64,000 nucleotides of DNA from a virus. The DNA is taken from positions 32,001 through 96,000 of IMG/VR virus record IMGVR_UViG_3300032272_000003; one strand, 5' to 3'. The notes beneath the pieces were generated by a model, which did not search any database, was not told the origin of the DNA, and saw only the letters and a program-made list of their open reading frames with translations. This document shows, in pieces, positions 46,946 through 57,130 of the stretch (positions are counted from its first letter, which is position 1; the number at the start of each line of letters is the position of its first letter). The position numbers and the translations under genes were made by a program.

Positions 46946-46973
46946 AAGGGTCACTTCGGTGGCCCTTTTCTTT
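46946..46973 (+). terminator. Terminator after tube gene
   Basis: AAGGGTCACTTCGGTGGCCCTTTTCTTT. Confidence 0.85.
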
Positions 46974-46976
46974 ATG

Positions 46977-46984
46977 TATAAATA
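46977..46984 (+). promoter_or_regulatory. T4-type late promoter
   Basis: TATAAATA 5 nt before ATG. Confidence 0.75.
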
Positions 46985-46989
46985 GATAC

Positions 46990-47586
46990 ATGGCTATCCG
47001 TAAACTATTTTCAAATCTACCAAACATCCGTCGTGTTGCAGACCTCGTGGGTGCATCCCCTGTAGGGGAACCACAGAAGCAATATGCATGGGAACTCTGG
47101 ATTACCGGAGGCGTTGCTGCTCATATGGGTGATATCAGATTCTTCGCCAAGACAGTATCACTTCCACAGAAATCAATCGAGCCTATCTATACAGAGCTGG
47201 CCGGGGTCAAGTATCAATACCCAGGCAAGGATACAAGTGCAAGAACAATCACGGCGACGTTCTTTGACGATGAACACCTTACTGTATACAACTATATGAA
47301 GAAATGGATCGATCTCATGCATACCCCTGGTGAAGGAGATGCACTGCCCAAGGCACAGACCGTAGCGAATATCGCTGTCAAGCTGAAGGATAGTACTGAC
47401 CTGGTACAAACATTAACTGTCAACATGCCAAACGCATTTATTATCGATCTTGGTGAGGTACCGTTAGATTACGAGACATCGGATGCTATCGAGATCACAG
47501 TAACATTCGCATTCGACGATCCTACTGTTGAAGACGGACAGAAGCTCGGTGATATTACCGATCTATTGAAGAGTGTATTAAATTAA
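46990..47586 (+). CDS. Tail tube paralog (gp19/gp54-like)
   Basis: FFAKTVSLP, TATFFDD, ITVTFAFD; similar to 46420 ORF. Confidence 0.8.
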   Translation: MAIRKLFSNLPNIRRVADLVGASPVGEPQKQYAWELWITGGVAAHMGDIRFFAKTVSLPQKSIEPIYTELAGVKYQYPGKDTSARTITATFFDDEHLTVYNYMKKWIDLMHTPGEGDALPKAQTVANIAVKLKDSTDLVQTLTVNMPNAFIIDLGEVPLDYETSDAIEITVTFAFDDPTVEDGQKLGDITDLLKSVLN

Positions 47587-48290
47587 TGGCCAATGAATCT
47601 TTAAAAGACCTACAAGCAAGACGTGCATCGTCTAAACCCGCCCGTTCATATTTGTGGCGGGTTGTATTGCCCGACCTTCGGATCACTAATGCCCTGGTAC
47701 CGGTACACGCCGATGCTGTTGCTGCCCTACAAGAGCTTGCCAGTGACCAGCATATGAATGTGAGTGCCCGGATCAATACTATGACAACCCCATACCGCAC
47801 ATTCGAATCACAACAAGCAATGGATAAGAATGGTGTATGGAACTATGCCGGGAAGCATAACACTCCTGAGATTACAATTGAAGTGTTCGAGGAAGAGGAT
47901 GGTTCAACCCTTCACTACTTCGATACGTGGATGAAGCTCATTCGTAATGTGTCAGATGACACCTATAACCCACCTGCTATCTATAAGAACCCTATCGTAT
48001 TCATTCGTATGGATACACAGAGACAGGACTTTGAGGTTACTATATACGAGGGATACTTCATACAGACCATCAACGAAGTTTCAAACGAATATGAAGGTAA
48101 CGACCTTGTACGTTACCAGGTAAACCTAGTAGGGGATAACATAATTCATCATCGTATATCCAACAACCAGCAATACCAGGCAGGATTAAGCCCATTACAG
48201 ATCAGTCCGAGTTTAAGGCAAACCCTGACTAATAACATCGGTGATGCGATTAAGAAGATAGCAGGTGATGCTAAGAATTTGCTACCATAA
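47586..48290 (+). CDS. Tail tube-fold baseplate protein
   Basis: SYLWRV, YAGK, ITIEVFE, YFDTW. Confidence 0.6.
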   Translation: MANESLKDLQARRASSKPARSYLWRVVLPDLRITNALVPVHADAVAALQELASDQHMNVSARINTMTTPYRTFESQQAMDKNGVWNYAGKHNTPEITIEVFEEEDGSTLHYFDTWMKLIRNVSDDTYNPPAIYKNPIVFIRMDTQRQDFEVTIYEGYFIQTINEVSNEYEGNDLVRYQVNLVGDNIIHHRISNNQQYQAGLSPLQISPSLRQTLTNNIGDAIKKIAGDAKNLLP

Positions 48291-48315
48291 ATAGATAGAC
48301 TAAAAGGAGAGAAAC

Positions 48316-49137
48316 ATGGATTTTTTAGAAGACGACGACCTAAACGCTGATGACAAAAAGGCACCGACACCAGCACTACACGAACCAACCGCTACCAAAT
48401 GGTATGATGTTGAGTTACCTTCCAAGGGTAAGCTCGGGTATCCTGCCGTAATCCAATACCGTGATATCCTCGTCCGTGATGAGAAGATCATATCGACTGC
48501 TACCACTAAGGACACCATGAAGGTGTTGAATGATGTGTTGAAAGACATCGTTAGGGACAGTGATTCATTCTTCGATCAGTTAACAATCCTTGATCGTGAC
48601 TATCTGCTTATGTGGATATGGGCCAACAACTACTCTATGACCAAGCATCTGAACATTACATGTCAGCGTTGTGGTACTAAAGAGAAACAGGACGTTAACC
48701 TGGCTGAGGTAGATGTGGAAGACCTGTCTGACGACTATCACCACCCATTCGAATACACCCTGGCAAGTGGCAAACCAGCACTGCTTAGACTCACCGCCAT
48801 TAGTGATGAGAAAACATGCGATGCTCATATGGCCAGTAACCCTAAAGCAGACCGCACTATGGTCATGCTCGCCCTTACAACTGATCTGGGCACTGTTATG
48901 CCGCTTCAACAGAAGCTACGGTATATGGAAGAAGAAATCACCGGCCATGATATAGGTATGATTCGAGCCTTCCACAATCACTTCAAGTATGGTCTCGATG
49001 ATGAGATTCCGCATGAGTGTTCGGTGTGTCAGGAGGTCACGCCGTTTGGAATACCGTTTTCAGCCGAGCACTTTCTGCCCACCCTATCAAACGATTTTGA
49101 AACGTTGTTACGATCTAGTAAAAAATCTGGGGATTGA
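48316..49137 (+). CDS. 26: Baseplate hub assembly protein (gp26-like)
   Basis: VELPS, VRDEKI, LTILDRDYL, CQRC, CSVC. Confidence 0.85.
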   Translation: MDFLEDDDLNADDKKAPTPALHEPTATKWYDVELPSKGKLGYPAVIQYRDILVRDEKIISTATTKDTMKVLNDVLKDIVRDSDSFFDQLTILDRDYLLMWIWANNYSMTKHLNITCQRCGTKEKQDVNLAEVDVEDLSDDYHHPFEYTLASGKPALLRLTAISDEKTCDAHMASNPKADRTMVMLALTTDLGTVMPLQQKLRYMEEEITGHDIGMIRAFHNHFKYGLDDEIPHECSVCQEVTPFGIPFSAEHFLPTLSNDFETLLRSSKKSGD

Positions 49138-49234
49138 CCCGTTATCAGCAGAACTCATGCCAACACATGAGGTCACTCAATATATCGATTGGTGGAATAA
49201 GGATCAAGAATCTGAAGAAGTAAAGCACCGGTAA
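49097..49234 (+). CDS. Baseplate hub assembly catalyst (gp51-like)
   Basis: YDLVKNLG...AELMPTHEVTQY, overlaps gp26 end; start uncertain. Confidence 0.55.
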   Translation: MKRCYDLVKNLGIDPLSAELMPTHEVTQYIDWWNKDQESEEVKHR

Positions 49235-49288
49235 TAGGCCGGTGCTCTCACTCGTATAAATAGTAGATAACTACTAAGGAGTTCCAAC

Positions 49289-50500
49289 ATGTCCGTTGAC
49301 AACACTATTGAATTATATGAAGATACGTTGCTAGACAGCATACCTGATATGCTGACTGAAGCTGTACGTACAATCTTCCCAGGTGACTTCTATAAGAAGA
49401 CCCAACTACCAAGACAAAAGGCCGATACCTTTATAGGTAACCTATTAGGTAAGACCTTCACCGCCCTGACACCAAAGGCCCGTAAGAAGATCAGAGCTAC
49501 TGATAAGTTCGAGCCACGGTTCATCGTAGGCTACAATCTGGAAGACTCACCACTGTTCTATGAAATCTGGTATGACCCATTTGAAAACAGCTTTGTTACT
49601 GTAGACCGCTTTGCTGGTATCATCGGTAGCAAGCGTGATCGCCTTAATGATGCTGTTGCTGACTTCGTTGATGCTGTTGCTGACGTTGAAGGTGAGAACT
49701 TTGATCGAGGTGATCTACGTGATGCTATGAGTAACTTCTCTTCTGCTGTTAGCGGACAGGCTAAGAAAGAGACTCGTGGACGCCCTTCTGGTACCGGTAA
49801 GCACCAGACTCGTGCCCGTACTGTGGCCGATGCTGAGAGAGCAACCGGTGAACTCCCACCTGAACTATATGACCTTCGTTTTCAACAGGTCACAACACAG
49901 TCACGTCAGGGTCGCCCTATTGCCAAACTGGACGTAAGCCAATTAGAACGTAAGCTGGGTAAGCAAGCTGTCACAGAAGCCCTATTCGGTGATCAGGAAG
50001 CAGTTGACACATTACGTGACTCTATCCTTGAGGCCAACCGATCAAGCTCTGCATTACTTCAGGACATCCTAGGTAGTTCTGTTGAGGAATACAAGACCTC
50101 TCGTATGACCCGTAATTCTGCTAAGAAGTTCTGGCAGGTCTGGGGCCGGGATGTTACGTTTCCATTTTCACTCGGATTCCTCGGTAAGCCTAAAGGCAAA
50201 AAAGCAGCTATCCTACGTGGTGACGATGCTAATGGATTCTTCGTAATCGGTTACAGCCTGAACGGTGTGGTTGATATGGAAGTCTGGTTCGTCAAGGACA
50301 ACAAAACAGGTAAGAGCAAATTCCATGTATTCAATATGACTGCTGGTAAGCTGGTAGCCAAAAAGGACAAACTACGTCAAGCACTGAACGTCGTCACTAA
50401 CACAATCGATGTTGATTTTAGTGATGCTATTGGTAGTGAAGACATTAAGTTTGCCCAACGTCGTATCGATATATCTAAGAAAGAATTGGACACTGAATAA
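49289..50500 (+). CDS. Late protein with internal domain duplication
   Basis: TATAAATA at 49255; FIVGYNL...YEIWY and FVIGYSL...MEVWF repeats. Confidence 0.7.
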   Translation: MSVDNTIELYEDTLLDSIPDMLTEAVRTIFPGDFYKKTQLPRQKADTFIGNLLGKTFTALTPKARKKIRATDKFEPRFIVGYNLEDSPLFYEIWYDPFENSFVTVDRFAGIIGSKRDRLNDAVADFVDAVADVEGENFDRGDLRDAMSNFSSAVSGQAKKETRGRPSGTGKHQTRARTVADAERATGELPPELYDLRFQQVTTQSRQGRPIAKLDVSQLERKLGKQAVTEALFGDQEAVDTLRDSILEANRSSSALLQDILGSSVEEYKTSRMTRNSAKKFWQVWGRDVTFPFSLGFLGKPKGKKAAILRGDDANGFFVIGYSLNGVVDMEVWFVKDNKTGKSKFHVFNMTAGKLVAKKDKLRQALNVVTNTIDVDFSDAIGSEDIKFAQRRIDISKKELDTE

Positions 50501-52746
50501 TGGCCGGTGAAAGAGACACGGATGCTGACCTAAAGCGTTTAGCAGGCTTCGCTGAAAGTACAGAGAAGCTATTAAAAACGTTTCAGAAGAGCCGTGTCTT
50601 GGATGCGGAGACTAAATCACATCAGGCCAAGCTTGAGAAGCTGTTAGAGACCACTAATAAGATCATGAAGGGCGAAGCTACTGCTGGCGAAGCTGCTGGC
50701 TTTGATGACCTCGTGGCTGCCTCTGAGATGTCTCTCCAGGTATTACATAAGTCTAAGAAAGACGACAAACAATTCCAAAGTGCCATGCAGAAGTCATTCG
50801 GTGGTGGTACCAATCAAGGTTCTATTGCTAGGGACATTAGCCGTAATATGTCGGCCTCTGTATCAGACATCGTATCATCTGCTGCTGTAGTCAATGCTGC
50901 TGCTACGAGAGATGTTGCTGATGTGAGTGCCGACTTCCTCGGTGGTCCATTAGGTAAAATAGCTGCCCAGGCCATAGACACCGACAAGATCAGCCAAGCA
51001 TTCTCCGGCGACTCTCCTGCTGAAGAAGTAGCCATGGACCAAAGGGATACAACCAATGAGTTATTAAGGGGTGTATTCGATGAGGCCAAGGATGATGATA
51101 GTGATGTTCAATTAAGAAAACAGATTGGGACTGCTATTGCTGTTCCAACACAACGTACTGCTGAAGAAGAATCTTTATTCCAACGTAATGTGCTTGGTGA
51201 CGAAGATGTACCTAGTAGTGATTTATTCACTAGTGATAGCCTTAATGAGTTAATAGCTCATGATGCGTTACTACATAAAGAAGCATTAATGCTCAACCAA
51301 GAATTACATGATGAATTATTAACCAATTTAGATTCCCTGGACAAGACATTTAAGAATATTGGCCCTGAAGGACTGTCGGCTGCTGCTGAAGAGTTCGCAA
51401 CCGCCATGGGTGAGTTCAGAACTAAACCTATATTGGTTAGGTCTGCCCCTATTGATGATCGTAAGCAGGGTTTATGGCAGAGACTATTCGAAAAGCAACA
51501 AAAAACCGATACCGACATATTGAAAGGTGCCCAAGATAGAACCACTGTGGCCATTAAAGGTACCAGGGGTGCCGAGGGTATTAGAGGATTACTGAGGAAC
51601 ATCAATACATTTGGTGGGGTCAGACGTGCTCAGAGACTTCAAGAGAGACAAGGTAGGGGTGAGCTGACGGGTATTAGTGGATTCTTCGCTGAAAGCCGTA
51701 TACGTAAGGCCCAAAAACAAGGCTTAATAGGTGAGTCTGGTCTTAGACAACAATTACAGGCTGGTGCCGGAGGTGGTGGTAAGTTCGCTGGTGCCCAGGC
51801 AGAAGAATTAAGTGAGAGCACTATTAAATTCAACAATACTGCTGCTGAGTTATTAGAACAGATCGCAGGTCTATTAGAAGATGGCCTGGGTATATCAAGA
51901 CGTATTGCCGATGAGGTGGAAGAACAGGTCACTACTAAGGGGCCTGGTATATTCAGTAAGATTAAAGGATTCTTCTCTCTTGGCCTGGGTGGTATGATGG
52001 CAACTATGTTCGCTGGTGGTAAAAAAACCATATTCGGATTCATTAAGAAGCTATTCAACCCCGCCGCTTTAGGTACAGCCCTACGTGCAGTATCAATACC
52101 AGCAATGGCCGGTGCCGTGGCATTCTTTGTTGGTAACTTTGTCGGTAAGAATGTAGTCAAGCCAGTATTCGATATGGTTGATAAGTTCTTCGGTAACACA
52201 CTGAGCGATGCTATCGCTTCGGGCATCATTAAGATGGGTGTAGTGTTAGAGAAGATACCAGGATTCACTAGGCTGTTTGGTACCAACTTCACTGAACAGG
52301 CTGCAATGGTCGAACGTAATAAGGAAGCTGCCAGAACAGCTCTTGCAGAGGAAGCACGTATTCGTGATATCCATGCTGCTAAAATGTCTCGCTTGGCCGA
52401 AGAAGAACAAATGCGTGAGACAGAGATGTGGCAGAACAAAGTTGATAACGTTAAACATTTCGGTAAGGAGATCGCTGATAACACTAATAAACTATTCACT
52501 GACCCTGTTGGTTATGCTCAAGCGAATATACCTGGAGCAATTACTGCTGTGAAGAAAGCACCATCACAGGCAGAACAGGCGGCAATTATAGCCAACAATT
52601 TACTTGCCACTAAGATAGACAAAATGACAGGTCAACAAGTAGCAGCACTTAGAAAGATCGCTGGTGAGCTTGCCGGTGCCGTGGGTAACATCACCACACC
52701 AGGAGTCAATGACGACCCTGGTACTAGAGGATTAATAGGAGGTTAG
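50500..52746 (+). CDS. Tape measure protein (gp29-like)
   Basis: 748 aa Ala/Gly-rich helical protein with hydrophobic segments, in tail module. Confidence 0.7.
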   Translation: MAGERDTDADLKRLAGFAESTEKLLKTFQKSRVLDAETKSHQAKLEKLLETTNKIMKGEATAGEAAGFDDLVAASEMSLQVLHKSKKDDKQFQSAMQKSFGGGTNQGSIARDISRNMSASVSDIVSSAAVVNAAATRDVADVSADFLGGPLGKIAAQAIDTDKISQAFSGDSPAEEVAMDQRDTTNELLRGVFDEAKDDDSDVQLRKQIGTAIAVPTQRTAEEESLFQRNVLGDEDVPSSDLFTSDSLNELIAHDALLHKEALMLNQELHDELLTNLDSLDKTFKNIGPEGLSAAAEEFATAMGEFRTKPILVRSAPIDDRKQGLWQRLFEKQQKTDTDILKGAQDRTTVAIKGTRGAEGIRGLLRNINTFGGVRRAQRLQERQGRGELTGISGFFAESRIRKAQKQGLIGESGLRQQLQAGAGGGGKFAGAQAEELSESTIKFNNTAAELLEQIAGLLEDGLGISRRIADEVEEQVTTKGPGIFSKIKGFFSLGLGGMMATMFAGGKKTIFGFIKKLFNPAALGTALRAVSIPAMAGAVAFFVGNFVGKNVVKPVFDMVDKFFGNTLSDAIASGIIKMGVVLEKIPGFTRLFGTNFTEQAAMVERNKEAARTALAEEARIRDIHAAKMSRLAEEEQMRETEMWQNKVDNVKHFGKEIADNTNKLFTDPVGYAQANIPGAITAVKKAPSQAEQAAIIANNLLATKIDKMTGQQVAALRKIAGELAGAVGNITTPGVNDDPGTRGLIGG

Positions 52747-52748
52747 TA

Positions 52749-53459
52749 ATGGCTTTACATTTAGACAAATTGGACGCTTCAAGACTCATTCGAATATACC
52801 AGACGGAAGGTGGTATGTATGCGGTTGCCCATTTACCCGAGACATTCGGTATAGCCTCCGGTGCAGAAGTCACAGAACCATTTGCAAGCTTTACCAGTGA
52901 CGGTAATGCAGCATCACTCATGAGACTACTGGGTGTGAGTAATAAGGTCGGACTGGCCACAACCAAAGTATTCGTAGGCCCGGATCATCCAGCCATCTCA
53001 GTCGATCTCAAGTTCGAAGCATACTATGATGCCTTTGCTGAGGTGATCATACCAGTATTCAATCTATTAGCCATGTCTGCTGCCACAGTAGGTAACGCTG
53101 AGGATTCAGGTATCAAGGCATTAGCCGAAACAGTCGGCCTGATTAAGAAGGGAGCTGCCGGTGCGGCCCAGGTTGCCGGTGCGGCCATTGGTCAGGCACA
53201 ATTAGCAAATCAGATAGCAGAGTCAATCAGTAGCTTCAAGATTCAATACCTCAAGGCTCCAAGTCCTGTACATGTAAAGTTCGGTAAGGTTCTCAAAATA
53301 CCAGAAGCATTCATCACCAGTGTTGATCCTCACTTCTCAAACATACTGGATGCCAATGGGTACCCTATAGAAGCGACAGTGAGTGTTACGTTTGAGATGA
53401 TCAAGCCACCAACCCGTGCCGATTTCTATGACATGGTTTTTAATGCGAGTAGCGACTAA
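52749..53459 (+). CDS. Baseplate tube-cap/initiator protein (gp48-like)
   Basis: YLKAPSPVHVKFG, FITSV, GYPIEATVSVTFE. Confidence 0.6.
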   Translation: MALHLDKLDASRLIRIYQTEGGMYAVAHLPETFGIASGAEVTEPFASFTSDGNAASLMRLLGVSNKVGLATTKVFVGPDHPAISVDLKFEAYYDAFAEVIIPVFNLLAMSAATVGNAEDSGIKALAETVGLIKKGAAGAAQVAGAAIGQAQLANQIAESISSFKIQYLKAPSPVHVKFGKVLKIPEAFITSVDPHFSNILDANGYPIEATVSVTFEMIKPPTRADFYDMVFNASSD

Positions 53460-53821
53460 TGGCGATAACCGATAGAAAGAGCCTATACAGGCATGTCCTG
53501 GTAGATGGTAATAAAGAGATTGATCCACTTGACAGTGTAATACCTGATATGGAATTCTCTGATGACCGCTCACGTTCAATTGTAATCAGTGAAGACTTAC
53601 TGGGTAGACTCGATTTAATATCCTTCTACCTATATGACACGTCTGACTTCTGGTGGTTGATTGCCCAACATAACGATCTCCTGAACCCTATGGAAGATAT
53701 GTATATTGGTCAGGTACTCATGATACCGTCACAGATCGATTTCTATAACATCTACAATGCCAATGCTATTACCGACGATGTAGAGAAGGTATTCAGTAAG
53801 CGTGAGCTGGAGCTTGAATAA
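53459..53821 (+). CDS. 53: Baseplate wedge protein (gp53/LysM-like)
   Basis: RLDLISFYLYDTSDFWWLIAQHN...GQVLMIP. Confidence 0.85.
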   Translation: MAITDRKSLYRHVLVDGNKEIDPLDSVIPDMEFSDDRSRSIVISEDLLGRLDLISFYLYDTSDFWWLIAQHNDLLNPMEDMYIGQVLMIPSQIDFYNIYNANAITDDVEKVFSKRELELE

Positions 53822-55041
53822 TGGCTGAGACTAGTATCTTCGAATACAATTTAGATAACAAACAGGTCATACGACTGTCTGCTGATGTAACCGATCCATT
53901 GTCAGTCCTAAGCATCTCCACGGTTGTCCTAGAAGAACAGCTTGGTTTAGGGTCTCCTATGCTATCAATCAACATGGTCGATGGCCTGGGTGATGTATTG
54001 GGTAAGTTCTTATTCGATCCCACAATGGTTTTTACACTATCATATGGCCTCACTGAAGACACTCTCCAGAATGCCACATTCAAATTCGCCTCAAGCAAGT
54101 ATGAGAATGCAAGTTCTGGGTCAAGCACAAATATATTAACGACCGTGAACTTCATAGGAAGCCACTGGGAAGGTTTTCTCAAGGATACCCATAGTAGGTC
54201 ATGGACACAGAAGCGTTACTCCGCAGTGGCGAGCACGATAGCTGCTGAGATAGGATACACGGCTGATGTAGAAGAGACCAAAGACTTCCATAACGTTATA
54301 CAACCTGACTGGACCAATTATCAATTGTTAAAGTGGATGGCAGAGAATGCTGTTAATACTAAAGACATCGGTGGGTACTTTGTGGGCCTTACCCTGGACA
54401 AGCGACTCATCTTCCGCCCTGTTGATCATTTAGCAGAGGTGGTACCAGCAGCGACCTACGTATTGAACGATTCCGATAAGAAACAATCCGATGATGAGTT
54501 GGATTACTTCAGAGCATTCCTTGTGAAGAACGATTATGTGTCGTCAGTAGCCAAGGCAGCATCCGGTGTTAAGTATATGTACTTCGATTTTGCCACTGGA
54601 CAGTTTATTAATGGCGAGAGTAAGGTATCTACCTCCAAGCAGAGACAATTAAGTGATGTATTTTACATTGCCGATGAGCATGAGAACGCTCCAAATAGAT
54701 ATTATGGTGGTCGTAATACTAATACTCCATCATTATCAGAGAATAATGTATTAAATTCGGCTAATTCAATTAATAGGGCAACCATTTCTATCGAGGGTAA
54801 CACCTTTTTACATGCCGGTGACGTATTAAATATGATTATTCCATCTAATTTAGCACATATTGATAATGTAATTGAGGAATATTACTCTGGCTACTGGTTA
54901 ATTGAAAGAATTGCTCATGTATTTAATATGAATAATGGTAAAGTCGTGTCGAATATTACATTAATTCGCCCTGGTATCAACTCACCTCTTATATCTGGCT
55001 ATGTCAAGTCTACCAAAGGCAAGAAGATCACCGAATTATAA
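53821..55041 (+). CDS. Baseplate hub protein (gp27-like)
   Basis: QPDWTNYQLL, GNTFLHAGDV, SGYWLIERIAH. Confidence 0.75.
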   Translation: MAETSIFEYNLDNKQVIRLSADVTDPLSVLSISTVVLEEQLGLGSPMLSINMVDGLGDVLGKFLFDPTMVFTLSYGLTEDTLQNATFKFASSKYENASSGSSTNILTTVNFIGSHWEGFLKDTHSRSWTQKRYSAVASTIAAEIGYTADVEETKDFHNVIQPDWTNYQLLKWMAENAVNTKDIGGYFVGLTLDKRLIFRPVDHLAEVVPAATYVLNDSDKKQSDDELDYFRAFLVKNDYVSSVAKAASGVKYMYFDFATGQFINGESKVSTSKQRQLSDVFYIADEHENAPNRYYGGRNTNTPSLSENNVLNSANSINRATISIEGNTFLHAGDVLNMIIPSNLAHIDNVIEEYYSGYWLIERIAHVFNMNNGKVVSNITLIRPGINSPLISGYVKSTKGKKITEL

Positions 55042-55230
55042 TACCCACAGTGCTAGATGGAGTGCTGTGGCTTCCTCGGTCCTAAACCTTTTACGAATCC
55101 TCTCATATGCATTACTTGACTGACTGATAGCAGCCAACTGTACTTCTGGTTCAGGGTCATCCATATGACCAATGAAAGACCAATGCTCTTCTATCAGCCC
55201 CAAACGATATTTGATATAGACCTGGCCCAT
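55036..55230 (-). CDS. Family B small protein
   Basis: DPEPEVQLAAI...EEATALHLALWVL. Confidence 0.7.
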   Translation of the reverse strand: MGQVYIKYRLGLIEEHWSFIGHMDDPEPEVQLAAISQSSNAYERIRKRFRTEEATALHLALWVL

Positions 55231-55466
55231 CACATCACCCACAATGCCATGTGTAAGTTTCTGGCTTCATCGGTTGGCTTCTTGATACATCTATACGCCC
55301 ACCTGGACGTTTTAATAGCCGCCAACTGTATTGTCTCAGATGGATTTTCGATGTACATGATGTCAGTCCCTATAATGGATATGTGATCCACTTTGTCATC
55401 TTCAGACAAACTCATTATCCACCGTGTTTTACTAGCACTATATGTAATATAATCCTCGGTAATCAT
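55230..55466 (-). CDS. Family B small protein
   Basis: IMYIENPSETIQLAAI...LHMALWVM. Confidence 0.75.
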   Translation of the reverse strand: MITEDYITYSASKTRWIMSLSEDDKVDHISIIGTDIMYIENPSETIQLAAIKTSRWAYRCIKKPTDEARNLHMALWVM

Positions 55467-55738
55467 AAGCACCACATCGCTTTATGTAGATTGGTCACTT
55501 CTTGTGAAGGATTCTTAATGTGGTCATAACAATCAGGATGATGAGCAACAGCATATAGCTGTACTTCCTCTAAGGGATTATCAATAAGCCCGAAGAGGTG
55601 TATGTGATTCCTAACAATATATGACTGAGCATGTAGCGTCGGGTTGGGTATCATACCGATACTATAGGCCGACGTGGCAATCAGAGTTAATTGCTGTGTT
55701 GTGCTTAGATTTGAATAATCATGTTCAGAATCGACCAT
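55463..55738 (-). CDS. Family B small protein
   Basis: NPLEEVQLYAV...LHKAMWCL. Confidence 0.75.
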   Translation of the reverse strand: MVDSEHDYSNLSTTQQLTLIATSAYSIGMIPNPTLHAQSYIVRNHIHLFGLIDNPLEEVQLYAVAHHPDCYDHIKNPSQEVTNLHKAMWCL

Positions 55739-55986
55739 CACATCACCCACAGTGCCATGTGTAAGACTTTGGCTTCATCAGTAGGATTATCAATACAGTC
55801 ATAGGCCCACCTGGTCGTTTTAATAGCCGCCAACTGTACAGCCTCTGATGGATTATTAATATACATGATGTCAGACCCCTTACCGCTTATAGAATTTACA
55901 GCTAATAGTTGGTCTTCTTCACTCATAGCATTGTACATAGCAAATTGGTCACGCGCCCATTCTTCATAGTCAGTATCCACTTCCAT
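55738..55986 (-). CDS. Family B small protein
   Basis: Close paralog of 55230 ORF; LHMALWVM. Confidence 0.75.
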   Translation of the reverse strand: MEVDTDYEEWARDQFAMYNAMSEEDQLLAVNSISGKGSDIMYINNPSEAVQLAAIKTTRWAYDCIDNPTDEAKVLHMALWVM

Positions 55987-56010
55987 ATTCTTATGCCTTT
56001 GTAATTTGTA

Positions 56011-56373
56011 TTATAAAGCCCACAAGGCTTTATCTAATATTACCACCTCACAACAAGGATTGTCAATACACTGGATGGCTAATGGACTGGCTATCACCGC
56101 CATGACCTGTAACTCATTGGGTGGGTTATCGATATAAAAGATAGAACATGGATGGGCCTTAACTGCAATCTCCATAGCCCAAATAGGTGGATTAGGGACA
56201 TGCATGATAGCATATCCATTGTTCCTGAGAATCTGTACATTATCATCGCGTTTCATCCTCAAAATCATATGATTTTGTATGGCATTGTGTATAGGAATAA
56301 AATCACATGTAAGATTACTCAGCCACTTGGCATCCTTACCGGCTAACAGATGCTTACGTACCTGACCTATCAT
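56011..56373 (-). CDS. Family B small protein
   Basis: Three I-x-NP repeats; LDKALWAL. Confidence 0.75.
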   Translation of the reverse strand: MIGQVRKHLLAGKDAKWLSNLTCDFIPIHNAIQNHMILRMKRDDNVQILRNNGYAIMHVPNPPIWAMEIAVKAHPCSIFYIDNPPNELQVMAVIASPLAIQCIDNPCCEVVILDKALWAL

Positions 56374-56756
56374 AGCTTGTACAACGCTGTGTGTAGTGTG
56401 ATTGCTTCTTCACATGGGTTCTTTATATAATGCAAGGCAATATCCATCTCAGTGACGGCTATCATCTGGGCAGCTTCACATGGGTTCTTTATAAGTGCAA
56501 TACATAAGGGATTACCACGGACAGCCACAGTCTGCTCATGCTCTGTAGGATCGTCAAGATACATGATATAGTACCCATTAAACTTCAGAGCCACCGCAAC
56601 CTCGTATGGATCGCCTACTGATACTTTAGGATTGTATTTGGCCTCCCAAGCTGCCCGATGCTCCCTAGACAACCGGCTGTCATTCGTAGAGCCTTTGGGC
56701 CTGCCCCTCTTTTGTTTAATATTATTAAACATCTTTATATCATTTTGATCGATCAT
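56370..56756 (-). CDS. Family B small protein with AT-hook-like N-terminus
   Basis: KRGRPKG; IKNPCE repeats; LHTALYKL. Confidence 0.75.
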   Translation of the reverse strand: MIDQNDIKMFNNIKQKRGRPKGSTNDSRLSREHRAAWEAKYNPKVSVGDPYEVAVALKFNGYYIMYLDDPTEHEQTVAVRGNPLCIALIKNPCEAAQMIAVTEMDIALHYIKNPCEEAITLHTALYKL

Positions 56757-57130
56757 AACTGATACAAAGCGTTGTATAAAAGGGTCGCTTCCTTGGTAGG
56801 CTTCTCAATATACCCATAGGCCGACTCACATTCTTCAATAGCCACCAGTTGGACTTTTTCACAAGGATCGGTCATGTATTGGATGGCAGAGCCATTGGCA
56901 TGGACAGCAACCAACATATCCCCTATGTGAGGTTTGACCAGGAACAGGTACATGAACCCGTTCTTATAGAGCCTTGTTCGTATTTCTTCATCGTGGTTCA
57001 CGTCAGTATCCTCTAATGTAACAACACCATCGATCAGGTCAGCACTATACTTGACTCCTAACTTGGATGCGAACACAATAGCCGCACTCTTTAATAGCAT
57101 GATATCAAGCTCTTCATAAAAAGCTATCAT
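56753..57130 (-). CDS. Family B small protein
   Basis: NGSAIQYMTDPCEKVQLVAI; LYNALYQL. Confidence 0.75.
   Translation of the reverse strand: MIAFYEELDIMLLKSAAIVFASKLGVKYSADLIDGVVTLEDTDVNHDEEIRTRLYKNGFMYLFLVKPHIGDMLVAVHANGSAIQYMTDPCEKVQLVAIEECESAYGYIEKPTKEATLLYNALYQL

Noticed and set aside
44927-54182. Long minus-strand ORFs opposite sheath, tape measure and baseplate genes
   Set aside because: Antisense shadows of codon-biased genes, with no RBS or motifs
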